Of a stretch of DNA of 64,000 nucleotides, positions 1-11,585 are shown piece by piece (the first letter of the stretch is position 1; every line of letters begins with the position of its first letter). The position numbers and the translations under genes were made by a program. The stretch comes from Schmidtea nova (taxonomy: Eukaryota), in assembly GCA_044892505.1 (NCBI GenBank), contig CM097883.1, forward strand, positions 79,174,001 to 79,238,000, in the 5' to 3' direction. Below the pieces are notes generated by a model that had not been told where the DNA came from, searched no databases, and worked only from the letters and a program-made list of their open reading frames with translations.

Positions 1-2621
1 TTGTTGTTGTGATGTAGTGAAGAATTTGATATAACAACACGAAGTCAAACTGCAGTTTATCTACTGGGTCAACCCACTACTGTGCTTTCTACTCTCAGAC
101 GTGCATCAAATGGTGAAGCATTGGGTTTGTTTTTCCATCACCACCTAACCCATGGTCTGCAGACACGACAGGCATCAGCACATGTGATCGAACAGGTGAC
201 TGGAATTTGGAACAAGGCCCGCATACCGACATGTCGCAAAGACCATGCAATCACCAAGCTGGAGCAACTATTCAAAGATTGGACACAGCTAAAAAAGCAC
301 AAAGATCGCAAGACAGAGCTCCATGTTGCCAGAGAAGATGAGTTTTGCGCCAAAATGAAGAATCTTTTTGACATTGCACATGCCGACGCCCTAACGACTA
401 TGAAGATCGAGGAAGATAGAGAATTTCTGCTGGCACAGCGAGAACCAGGACGACGAGGTTACCTTGGATTAGTTGATAGAGCATTAGCTGAAAAGGAAGA
501 GAGAAAAGCAGTCAGAATAAACTTGGAGAGGAAGAGACGTGAAAGAGCAGAAAGCGAGGCATCCGTTAGCACAATGGTTGCAGGATTTGGCAGCAGTAGT
601 GAAGATGACAATAAACCTGAATCGGACACAGATAAGCCTGCTGAGTTCTCATCACCTCGCCGTAAGAAAAGCAGAGCAGCAACAAATGTGATTACCCCAA
701 AGTTAGCAGCTGCCTTGGATCGTACCAAGTTGAGTGACAGAAAGGCTACGTTTGTCATTGCTGCGGCTGCTCAGAGCCTTGGGCATGATATTGATGAACT
801 CAATATAAATCGGAGTTCTATAAAGCGTCACCGCGAGAAATACAGAGCTGAAATGGCAGCTGCATTAAAGGAAGATTTGTCTAGTGATGTTCCTTTGGTG
901 GTACATTGGGATGGCAAACTAATGGTCGATCTCACTGTGAAGGATCACGTTGATCGCCTCCCTATAATTGTGACCGGCTTTGGGGTGTGTCAGCTATTGA
1001 AGGTGAGCAAGATGTCTGGTGGAACAGGTGAGAACCAGTCATCTGCAGTGGTCCAGGCACTGAATGAGTGGAATGTGCAGGATCGTGTGGTAGGATTGTG
1101 CTTTGATACAACTAGTTCCAACACTGGTATCCATAACGGTGCCTGTGTTCTTATAGAACAGAAGCTAGGCAAGGACTTACTACACTTTGCCTGTCGCCAC
1201 CACATTATGGAACTGTTGGCAGGAGCCGCATTTACAGTAAGTCTTGCACCATCATCTGCTCCTGAAGTCCTTCTGTTCAAGAGATTTCAACAAAAGTGGT
1301 CAATCGTCGACCACAGTAACTACCAGACGGGAGCTAATTTGAATGAAATACCTGACGTGGTGAAGAACGAAGTAATGGAATTTGCACACAGGCAGCTGCT
1401 TCGTGACAACGTCCGAGAAGACTACAGAGAATTCATTGAATTATCTATCATATTTCTTGGTGGCTTACCCCATCGTGGGATTCATTTTATGGCACCTGGT
1501 GCAATGCACCATGCGAGATGGATGTCGAAAGTGATCTACTCACTCAAAGTGTGGATGTTTCGCTCACAATTCAAGCTCACATCGTTCGAGGAGAAAGGAC
1601 TTCTCCACATGTGCATCTTTGCAGTGGTTATATACCTCAAGGCCTGGTTCACTGCACCACTGGCTTCCAGTGCGCCTCGAAATGATCTGCAACTGCTTCA
1701 AGATTTGCACAATTACAAGCGTTACAATGAGAAAATCTCTATCGCAACATCCAAAAAACTTGAGCATCATCTTTGGTATTTGTCGGAAGATTTAGTGGGT
1801 CTTGCCTTCTTCGATCCCGATGTACCGGTCGATACAAAACGTCAAATGGTGAAAGCACTGAATTACTGTAGCAAGGATGCCGTCGACAAAGTACTTCTAC
1901 CAAAAGGTCTGAAACGCATCACAATGTCTGCAAGCAGTGCATGCAACTACAGTTTGGAGGATTTCATAACTGTCAGATCTCAGGAATTCTTTGATAAGCT
2001 CCATATTTCTCAAGACTTCTTGAATTACGATCCTGACACTTGGGAAACTCGACAGGAGTACACAGATGGCATGTTGATCGTGTCTAAGCTACTAGTCACC
2101 AATGATAATGCAGAACGTGGAGTTGCCCTTGTTCAGGAGCTAAACAAGTGTATCACATACGATGAGGACCAGTTTCAGTTTCTGCTGCAAGTTGTGGCAG
2201 ACCATCGTCGTCAGTATGCAACCTGTCAGAAGTCGTTATTACATTGACTTAGTTGCGGAATGCGGAGTGCGGACATCGTCTTTGGTTGGACCGACTGACA
2301 CTGACAGTCTAGAACATTTATTCCTATAAATAAATCTTAACAATAGATTCTGTACATTACGGAGTTTCATATTTCCTAGTCATTTAATAACATAATAAAA
2401 CGTTACCAATTTCAGTTTAGTAATAAAAATACTATACTATGCTCAAGTCAAATTTTTTGGTCATTTTAATAAATTGTGAGCTGTTGGGCGACCTCTAAAC
2501 ATTATCTGATCATTAAAAAAATTTGCACAGTATCTTATGGCATCAAATGGAACATTTTAAAAGGGTGGGAGACATCCAATTGTGAGAAAAAAATATTACC
2601 ATTGGTCTAAGGACCACCCTA
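1..2621 (+). mobile_element. hAT-superfamily DNA transposon, hATm-like; 5' end lies outside the window
   Basis: 3' end GGACCACCCTA (reverse complement TAGGGTGGTCC) at 2611-2621 follows a transposase ORF; TAGGGTG termini are what I recall for hATm, so the subgroup is a best guess. Confidence 0.7.
82..2247 (+). CDS. Intact transposase (hATm-like, 721 aa; frame open from nt 13, true start probably upstream or spliced)
   Basis: Motifs VHWDGKL, FDTTSSNTG, CRHH, PGAMHHARWM, NDNAERG; no internal stops. Confidence 0.85.
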   Translation: MLSTLRRASNGEALGLFFHHHLTHGLQTRQASAHVIEQVTGIWNKARIPTCRKDHAITKLEQLFKDWTQLKKHKDRKTELHVAREDEFCAKMKNLFDIAHADALTTMKIEEDREFLLAQREPGRRGYLGLVDRALAEKEERKAVRINLERKRRERAESEASVSTMVAGFGSSSEDDNKPESDTDKPAEFSSPRRKKSRAATNVITPKLAAALDRTKLSDRKATFVIAAAAQSLGHDIDELNINRSSIKRHREKYRAEMAAALKEDLSSDVPLVVHWDGKLMVDLTVKDHVDRLPIIVTGFGVCQLLKVSKMSGGTGENQSSAVVQALNEWNVQDRVVGLCFDTTSSNTGIHNGACVLIEQKLGKDLLHFACRHHIMELLAGAAFTVSLAPSSAPEVLLFKRFQQKWSIVDHSNYQTGANLNEIPDVVKNEVMEFAHRQLLRDNVREDYREFIELSIIFLGGLPHRGIHFMAPGAMHHARWMSKVIYSLKVWMFRSQFKLTSFEEKGLLHMCIFAVVIYLKAWFTAPLASSAPRNDLQLLQDLHNYKRYNEKISIATSKKLEHHLWYLSEDLVGLAFFDPDVPVDTKRQMVKALNYCSKDAVDKVLLPKGLKRITMSASSACNYSLEDFITVRSQEFFDKLHISQDFLNYDPDTWETRQEYTDGMLIVSKLLVTNDNAERGVALVQELNKCITYDEDQFQFLLQVVADHRRQYATCQKSLLH

Positions 2622-2630
2622 ATATATATA

Positions 2631-2696
2631 TTGTTATTGTTATTGTTATTGTTATTGTTATTGTTATTGTTATTGTTATTGTTATTGTTATTATTA
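2631..2696. repeat. (TTATTG)n microsatellite
   Basis: Direct reading of the sequence. Confidence 0.95.
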
Positions 2697-2989
2697 TGTT
2701 GTGATAATGTGTTTTTTATATTTATTTTAATGTTAATGTAGTAAATGAATATATATTATGTGATAGGATGATGTTGTGTGGGAGAAGCTGTAAAGCCCGA
2801 GAGAGTCTTCCCAAAAACCAAATCTTGTGGGGACACTCGGGGTGCCTGTGTATATGCTTTTATGAGCGTATGTGCGTATGCTTGAATGCGAAATAATTGT
2901 TATAACTGGTTAATAGCAAATTAATAATAATACAAACTAATAATAATAACAAATTTATTCAAGTTAGAAAATTGCAATAAGTCTACTCA

Positions 2990-3305
2990 CTGGGAGAATT
3001 TGAAAAGTGGAAAAATTTGTCCTTGACGATATTTGATATTTAACAACTTTCAGTGAAATAATCGGAATAAAAGTTTGAAATGTATTTGAACCGAATCGTC
3101 TCCAAGAACCACAAGTTAATAACAAAAGTGACTATATTTTGTTTCAATGTCTCTCAGACAATATTTAATATGAAAGAACTGAAAGGGTGGAAGAATTTGT
3201 CTTTGATGATATTTGATATTTAACAACCTTCAATGAAATAATTGGAATAGAAGCTTGAATCGCACTTGAATAGAATTGTCTCCAACAACCTCAGGTTAAT
3301 AACCA
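2990..3305. repeat. Diverged direct duplication, ~135-bp unit, 180-bp period
   Basis: gtggaaaaatttgtccttgacgatatttgatatttaacaac (~3007) recurs as gtggaagaatttgtctttgatgatatttgatatttaacaac (~3187). Confidence 0.85.
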
Positions 3306-3598
3306 ATACAACTTTATTTAATCTTTTAGCTTAAATTTTCTTTCAATAAAAAAATCGATTTGATTTATTTGTCCTAGGAATTTCTATAGTAAATTCATTT
3401 ACTATAGAAATTGTCTCAGATTTTTATTTAAATATTTTCAAATATTTATTATAACTATTTTCTTGTAATAATAAATATAATAAACATAAGGGGAGAACCA
3501 CACATGGGGGAAACCAAAATCAAAGCGGTTTCAAAAATGATGAAAATAATAAATAATAATAAAGAGAATAACAATAATAAAATACGACATTAACATAA

Positions 3599-4110
3599 CT
3601 TCCCCCTTTAAAACCGGAGGTTAAACTATTTACAAAAATTCAAACGTATTATAGACATATTTCAACTTATATGCTGTGTCGTATGTTTTCTGTACTGTGG
3701 ATTAACAACTCTTAACAAAACTATAAAAATATACAAAGATTATATATTTGCATGCTATGTAGGGTTGTGTTGTTTGAGGCATTGGCTGTAAAGCTTTTTG
3801 TACGGAGTGATAATCGCGTTTTTGTAAAATTCTTTTATTTCGTTTTTGTTGTTGAATGTTATGTGTTTTTTCTTTGTTTGGGTTTCGTTGTGTGAATGAT
3901 TGCATGGGGGTTTTGGGTTGTAGTGAAATGCTTTTGTTCTACGTATATTTATTCTTATTTTGTTGTTGTTTTTTATTATTGTGGCCACGTTTTTGTTGAT
4001 TTCCAGTAATTTGAATGGGCCTTCGTATTTATCTTCGGAACCTTTTGTATATGGCTTTTTTATTAGTAAATAATCGGTTGTTAGTATTGTTTTGCCATCG
4101 TTCTCTGAGT
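3599..4110 (-). mobile_element. Gypsy-type integrase C-terminal remnant with downstream polypurine tract
   Basis: Minus frame DYLLIKKPYTKGSEDKYEGPFKLLEINKNVATIIKNNNKIRINIRRTKAF (GPY/F motif) at ~4075-3925; purine tract AAAGGGGGAAG on minus at ~3609-3599 followed by TTA-TGTT. Confidence 0.55.
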
Positions 4111-7100
4111 TTGGTGTCTTTTTAGTATTCCTTTTGATTTGTTTTCAATGTTCTCACTGTTTTTAGTTGTTATTTGTTTATTTATTTCTTCGTTGTTTTT
4201 TATGTTTGCTTTCTTGTCGAAAGTTACTAGTGCGATAATATATATATATATATATATAACAATATTCAATTTTTATAATAAATTCTTTCTATAACGATAT
4301 TCTCGTTATAACTATGCAATTTATCAAGTCTCAAAGAAATCATTATATCAAGATATGACTGTAATTATATTTCTATATCAGCTATTCAAAAATTTCAAGT
4401 CGATAACAGGTAAAATTTTTCTTGATTAAATTTTTTTGTTATTTAGTTAAAATCTTCAAAAGAAATATTTGTAAAGAAATAATTAATTTAAATTGGTCAA
4501 TAGTCAAATCATTATCATCATTTACTAATATTAACATCATATAAATTTGATAAATTAAAATCATTTTATTTTAAATTTTAGTATATTAGTTTTGTTTTTA
4601 TACAATTAATTTTTACTTAATTTTTTTCAAATTTTTTTATATATGTATATTTAATGTTAAAAATCATTACACATTTATTATTATACTATTACAATACAAT
4701 ACAATCCAACAATTTATTAGATAAATTGGAATGTGAATATATATGGAAGCTAAATATGAAACAAAGAAACTAAGCATTCAAAATGAATCTGACATGCTTT
4801 TGACTGGCATTTAGCAACTTAACATCCCAAATATGATGATAGATATTGATTGCCAATGTCAGCTCGAACACTTATATTAGCAATAAATCTAGTGAAATTA
4901 AAGAAATATTATGTTTTGATTTTGCGTTTTACATATTAATTAGGACTGCTTAGACTCTTGTTTGTTAGAGTTCTCACGTACTATGAAAAATTAGTAGAGC
5001 TTAAGGTTTTCAATTTTCTTTGAAATATTTTATCAACATCCATTAATTCTAGAGAATACTATGTCGAATATCTTTAAAAGGGTCGCACAGTGCAAATGAT
5101 CCAAACTAAGAAGCGCGAGACAGTCGGGAACGTTCAAGAATACATTCGAGACTTGTTTAGCTGAAGACAACGTGGTTCTCACCATTTAATTTAAAAGGTC
5201 TGTAGAAACTAAAGTTTTTAGAGCAAGCAAAATTGGCATTAGGAAACTGTAAAGACGCTTTATACTAGATGTGCACAGAAAAAGAATTAATAAAAAATAA
5301 TAATATATTAAATATTATAAAATTTTTAATAACGCTATTATTTTTTAAAAAATATCTCTTAAGAATATTTTTATATTTAACAACAGTATAATTAAAACCC
5401 AAATTCATAATCAATTGACAATGCTCTAAAACTCGAGTAGCATTTGGCACATGACATTTAAAAAATTTAAAAACAAGTATAGAAAAAATCAAAAAATATA
5501 TAAGAATCGTCAACAAAGACATCAGTTAATTTGATTAAATCGGAAATATTGAAGTACACACATGCACTAAAAATCCTCACTCTCATGTTCATAAAAATCA
5601 ATATGATTGAAAACGCTCATTCCCATTAATTGACTATGCTCTGAAACTCGAATACAGAAGACGAATAGTCTTTTCCAAGGTATGTGGCATTTCACCCATG
5701 ACGTTTAAATTTAAAAGATTACGTCACAAAGAGCAATACACAAATTTTAGAATAGTTAACAACCAAATTAATTAATTCATAAACAATAGAATAAAAAGAA
5801 TAATCAGTACAAAATAATCTCATTATCATTATATCGAAATATTGATTTGACAATATACAGCTTAATTATTAAGTCTTAATACATTACTAAAAATAATTTT
5901 ATCGTTTTAAAAGTTTTGATTATCTTATAAAATTTTATATTACTTTTTTTTAAATTACGCTAAATTTATTTAAAATTGATTGTTTTGATTTATATTAGAA
6001 TACTAGACTGAAAAGCAACTGATGAAGAGAAGTTTTTCGAAATATATTGTGCGGAATATAATTTTGGATTGGCGTTTATTTTAATTTTTTCAGTGCAATA
6101 TTTGTTGTATTGTGTATTTAAGTTGTGAATATAAAACTATTTATAAAGGTATTTGATCATTTACGAATTTATACATTATGGAAATGATGAAAAATATTAG
6201 ACAAACGTTACGCTTATTTCGCCATGATGTAGCTAGAATCAAAGCTGAAATCAGGCAACAGAGAAAGGTCTCGTAAATTCATCAAACTCTTCAAAATCAT
6301 GGAAGCTCCTTGGTTCAACGCGAAGAAAATTGTCAAGGCCCAAGAGCAAATACAATCATAAAAAACCCTAATGGAGATCAAGGCGTTGAAAACAATAATC
6401 AAGGACAATAATCAGGAGAACTACCTAATAACAATTGGTGCATCATTAGAGCAATCTCCTCAACTACAGCCTCTAAAAGAATGTAGCTGTTCCCGTCGTC
6501 CATTTATATTCATTAAATAAAGGTAATCGATATCACTCAGATAGATGGAATGAAAAAGAAACAAAGTTCCGTCCGAATCAACTGAGCACCAATGAGCACA
6601 GAACAAAAGGTTCATATTTTATGACAACTAACATTGATCTTACCCAAACGATGATAATATAATACAAGCTAGTTTTTTTCTTGTCTGTTAATTTTTCGAT
6701 TATTCATCAAACTTTTCGAAACAACTCTCTTTAAACTGTCATTTACTCATTGAGCTACATCTCCAATGTTGCTAAGTGACGAGTACTCAATGATATAATC
6801 AAAGTTAGTCGGTAGCCACCGAGAAATTATGATAAATTTTCTACCATTCGTAACCCAGCAGTTGAAAAAGACCATTAGCATAATTAATTCATCGAAATTA
6901 ACAGTGCGTTGTTATGGTTTTGCTGCAACATAAATGATCCAGCTGATTAAAAGGATGATGTCGTGGAATGTGTTTTTGAGTGCACATCTCTAATAACACA
7001 GATAATTTATAATTATTTCCAAAGTCAGAGGGAAATGTAAAAAGTGCACACACACATCCTGCACTAAATTTAATGTCTGAGCAAAATGCAGTAGTTGAAA

Positions 7101-7715
7101 ATACAGTAGAATTATATTCAGGACTTGCTAAGGTAGCGAGCTAAAGAGACAATAGCTTGAAGCTCAATTCAAAAAGAACGCAAAGATATAAAATTCTTTT
7201 TTATATTCTCTTAGACATGACAAGTAAATTTTTTCAGCCTTCCCCATTTATATTACTCATTGACCAAAGCAAAGATCAAAATATCAAAAAAGAAAGAAAT
7301 AATAATAATATTTTTAAAGGCAAATTAAAGATTAATATAATAAGAATATTTTCGATAAAGTGAAATTTATTCGTATTAGATTAAGTCTTTGATTTTGATT
7401 TGCGTAGTGTTGTATAATAATCATAGGGCTTTAATATCGAAGACATTGAATTACAATTTGATTTAATTGAAGATAATTTTATTGGACAATTTTCCTGGTA
7501 AGTAATATTTTTTTTAAATAGCTAATATTAATATACAAATATATATTAATAAATTTCCCTTCTTAAGAATAATGATTAAAGATAGAAACAATCTGGAACC
7601 GAATCAAAAAACAAAGGTTGGCAAGTGACTTGTCAAACCAAAAACAAAAAATGATTTATTAAAAACTTTTAAAACGAGGGCAGATAAAAAATTATCTGAT
7701 GATGCTTCACAACAT

Positions 7716-8273
7716 AATTTAGTTTTAACTGTAAATAACCAATCAGTAGCAGAAGCAGTTGCATACCCGAGTTACTTTTTTAGAAATAAACAAAAACCAA
7801 CTCTTAGATGTCCCAAATCTGAAGTGGAAATTGACGATTTGAGCAAGATGATATTGCCTTCTCTCAAGAGTTTAAGTGAAGAATCCGAACTGTACATTGC
7901 GTATATGGCATATTATATGGACAAAATAGAAGATGTCATAGAAGACGGGGACTGGAGATCTCATGGAATTCTTATAGGAAAAAGGGGAGAGAAGATCACT
8001 CCTTTATCTCTGATGGATGTAGAGCTTTACAACACCGTAATAGGAGGCTCAATAGGCAGAGCGGTTGAAGGAGAAAGGGCCAGATGGGGTCTTTTCTGGG
8101 GGTTGGTAGCGATGTACAGGGCAATGCTTGTAGGTCAGAGTGGCGACCAGCAATATATCGTTAAAGAGTCCGAAGCTACAGCGACGGTATTTAAATCACC
8201 GCCGTTTAATGTTGACATCACAGAATTCATTCAATTTGCTAAACTTAGAACCAGCTTGTCTATCCCTAACTAA
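7716..8273 (+). other. N: Endogenous viral element: N-terminal half of a rhabdovirus nucleoprotein
   Basis: Frame open 7629-8273. LTVNNQSV..YPSYFFRNKQKPTL, DWRSHGILIGKRGEKITPLSL, LFWGLVAMYR, VFKSPPF, SIPN are collinear with rabies N (FKVNNQVV, YPAIKDLKKPCI, DWTSYGILIARKGDKITP, LLLSLYR, IFETAPF, TIPN) as recalled. Confidence 0.85.
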
Positions 8274-8486
8274 ATGACCAGTGTCAGACACGTTTACTGA
8301 TGTTTTAAATGACTATGAAATGGAAGAAGATGTTCTTTTGTCAACTTCAAATATCGATGAAACATCTCAATTGTCAAATTTGGACAATAATCACGATATT
8401 TTGAATAGTAATACAATCATAGAAGATTATTTTAATATAGAACAGTAACTTTATAATATTAATATAATTACCGATATTCTTATTAA

Positions 8487-8683
8487 CCCTAGAAAACATG
8501 GAAGTGATCTGAGTGGTTCAATTTAGTTTTAGATAACAATATCTTCTCTATGGAAATGAGATAATGTCTATTATTTGATTCTAAATTACTAATTAATTAA
8601 AAATAATTTGATTAATGTTATTAGTGACTAATTAGAATATCAATAAAATAAAAATATTAATTTCTAAGCCACGTTTTTTAGGG
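8487..8683. mobile_element. piggyBac-derived MITE (197 bp)
   Basis: TTAA on both sides (8483-86, 8684-87); 15-bp TIR CCCTAGAAAACATGG vs CCCTAAAAAACGTGG. Confidence 0.8.
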
Positions 8684-9258
8684 TTAAAATGTTCCCGTCA
8701 AATTAATTAATTATGCTTTTCCAATGACTATACCATTTGGTCAAAATAGAGAATTCAGTCCAAATCCTTATTATCGTAAGTCAGCAAATGGCAAGAAATA
8801 TCATCGTAATTGGCTTTTATTTTCAAAATCAAGTTGTAAATTATTTTCAAGCAAATTTTTTAACAGATAAATGGTTTACCGAATGGGAAAATGTGAACAA
8901 TCGCTTAAATTAGATAACCATGAAAAAAGAAATTAAAGATAATATTTGAGAAAATTTAAAATTGGCAAAATATTATTTGATTATCCTAGATTCCACACCA
9001 GCTCAATACGAAACCGAACAAATGACCAGTAATTGTGAGCTTTGTGATGATGTTTCCTACTCCTGACAAGCAGGGAAAATATATTAAAATATGCAAACAT
9101 TTTTTGGGTTTGTTAACATTATTAATAGCACTGGAGCCGGATTAATAAAAACAATTCTCGGAATTCAAGACACAGGTCATTCGACTGAATTTAATAATAT
9201 ATTTTAGTTTTCTGTAATTTAATTCAAGTGATAAAAATAAACTTTGCATTAGTTAATC

Positions 9259-10941
9259 ATGGACAAGAATCGGAAAAAATATGAATGGCTACAAAAAACA
9301 ATTCGTTTAAACGAAGACGTATCTGATACTGAATCAGGTGCACATATTACTGAACAATGTAAAAGTGATGAAGTAATTTCGGAAGAAAATAAAGAAATTG
9401 AACTTTCCGATAGTGAAGATGAGAATTTTCGTAATATATGTCGTAGCAGGAAAGGTGTGTGTATTCTTTATTCAGACTCTGAAAGCAATAGTGACATGGA
9501 TACTGCTGATATATCTTATAATGAGAAAAATCTAACCGAAACATCTTCCGATGGGACATTATGGCAAATATTATAAGAATGTGGAGAGAGTGGTAGGCCA
9601 CCAACTTATTCTATATTCAAACATGTCTCTGGTCCCACCACCTATGCTAAAGGAAACATCATGCTTGGCAATGTGAGTAGTGCGTTCCAGCTTATAATAA
9701 ATAATCGGATATTGGATTATATCAAATCTTGCACTGAAACTGAGACATGCAAAGTTTTGAAAAAGGAATGGACTCTTGCAAGCTCTCAATTACGGGCTTT
9801 TTTAGCAATTTGATATGCCCGGGGAGCATATGAAGCAAAATCCTTAAAAGCTTCATATTTATGGTCTAAGAAATGGGGACATGATTTTTTTCACGAAGAA
9901 TGTCAAGGGATAAATTTATGGAAATCCTTAGATTTATACGTTTCGACAAAAAATGAACGAAGTGAACGTCTAAATACAGACAAATTCGCATTGATTTCCA
10001 GTATATGGAATACATTTATTGAAAATAGCCAGAATTGTTACAAACCAAACGCAAACATCACAGTCGATGAACAATTATTTACTACAAAGGCGAGGTGCCG
10101 ATTTCTTCAGTACATGCCAAATAAACCAGATAAATTTGGCATAAAATTCTGGTTAGCATCGGACGTAAAAAGTAAATATCTAATAAAGTTTCCCATATTT
10201 GGGTAAAGATGAAATTGGGTTAACACGTAGTGCTCAAACTTACTGACCCATATTTAGGTTATGGACGAAACATAACTACAGATAATTTTTTTTCCTAGTC
10301 TTTCACTTACGAAAAAATTACTTGCAAAAAAACTACTCTGGTTTGGACTATACGTGGAACAAAAGAGAATTACCAAATATTGCAAAAACTAAAAAAGATT
10401 GCATGATTCGGTTTTCAACAAAACTTTATAAAACAGAAAACTGCGTTCTCACAGTTTACAAAAGCAAACCAAAAAAAAGTATTATTACCAAGTTCAAAGA
10501 ACATATCGGTAAAAATTGAAAACAATGATAAACATATCCCAGAAACAGTTAAATTTTACAATGATACCAAGTATGGAGTGGATGTTGTCGAACAAATGGC
10601 GCGAAAGTATAGTGTGAAAGCAGGGTGTCGTAGATGGCCTCTTCAAGTATTTCATAACATCTTAGATTTAACAGCTATCAATGCATGGATTTTATAAAAG
10701 AGGTCATTGGAGAAAATATATCTAGAAAAAAGTTTATTTTTCAATTGGCTGAAGAACTAGCAAATGACCACAAAGATAAACCTGATACTAGTTCAAGTTC
10801 ACCGTCTATAAATTCCAATATACGGAAGTCTTGCCAAATAGGATTTTGTAAAAAATAGGTCTAATAATATTTGTGATAAGTGTAATAAGTATGTGTGTGG
10901 AAAATGTACATTCAAAATTAATATTATATGTAAGAAATGTT
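9259..10941 (+). pseudogene. piggyBac (PGBD4-like) transposase, frameshifted
   Basis: ITVDEQLF, YMPNKPDKFGIKFW, NITTDNFF, YNDTKYGVDVVEQM and C-terminal Cys-rich CQIGFC..CDKCNKYVCGKC across several frames; termini not found. Confidence 0.9.
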
Positions 10942-11289
10942 AGGAATGAATTTTTCTTAATAAAAATACATTGTTTCAATATAAAATTAACTAGTTTCAT
11001 TACAAAAAACGTAATTTTCATATATCAATCAAAATAACGGGTTTCAGTAAAAATGGTATACATTTAATGTCAGTAAATTTAGTATTAAGTAAACTGTCGC
11101 GACGACTGTGGTATTTGCGTAATTGGTGTCCTCCGTCGGTAATTGGATGACATTGGTTTTCGATACATGTAAATTCATTTGTGTGCCCGCAGTAAAAAAG
11201 CATCAAGATTTCGAATTGACGTCATAGCTTGTGGGTGAATTGCAAACAGCACCAAAGCCGTATTTTTTTTGTTAAACATAATTGTAACA

Positions 11290-11585
11290 TCTGTGTTAAC
11301 CATCACTTGGATTGGATTTTCTCGAGTCATCAAATAAATCGGTTCTAATGCATGTTTTATGATATTGTTTGCTTTGATCCTTTCCTCATTATTTCGACCG
11401 TGCATCATTAGAGAACTTGTTAATCGTCCAACAATTGGAAATTGTGCTTTTCTATATCGTTTTGTTTGATAAGGACCAGCAGACTGGGGAATTATTTTTT
11501 AATATTTTCCACTATAATTGATACAATCTGTTAATGATAGATCGATAGTGTGAACATCATCATTGCTCCATTTAATAATAAGCTT
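11290..11585 (-). pseudogene. RPS5: Processed, truncated 40S ribosomal protein S5 pseudogene
   Basis: [75 protein letters not shown]; intronless, one stop, C-terminus missing. Confidence 0.9.

Noticed and set aside
2990-3305. Alternative genetic code to explain shared in-frame TAA codons
   Set aside because: UBC9 and the GH38 gene both end in TAA and read correctly with the standard code.
5075-5200. Ubiquitin-like fragment (KGRTVQMIQTKKRETVGNVQ)
   Set aside because: Too short and interrupted; similarity could be chance.
6019-6042. Hammerhead-like CTGATGA..GAAA
   Set aside because: Stem II closing pair is not canonical and I found no stems I/III; single occurrence.
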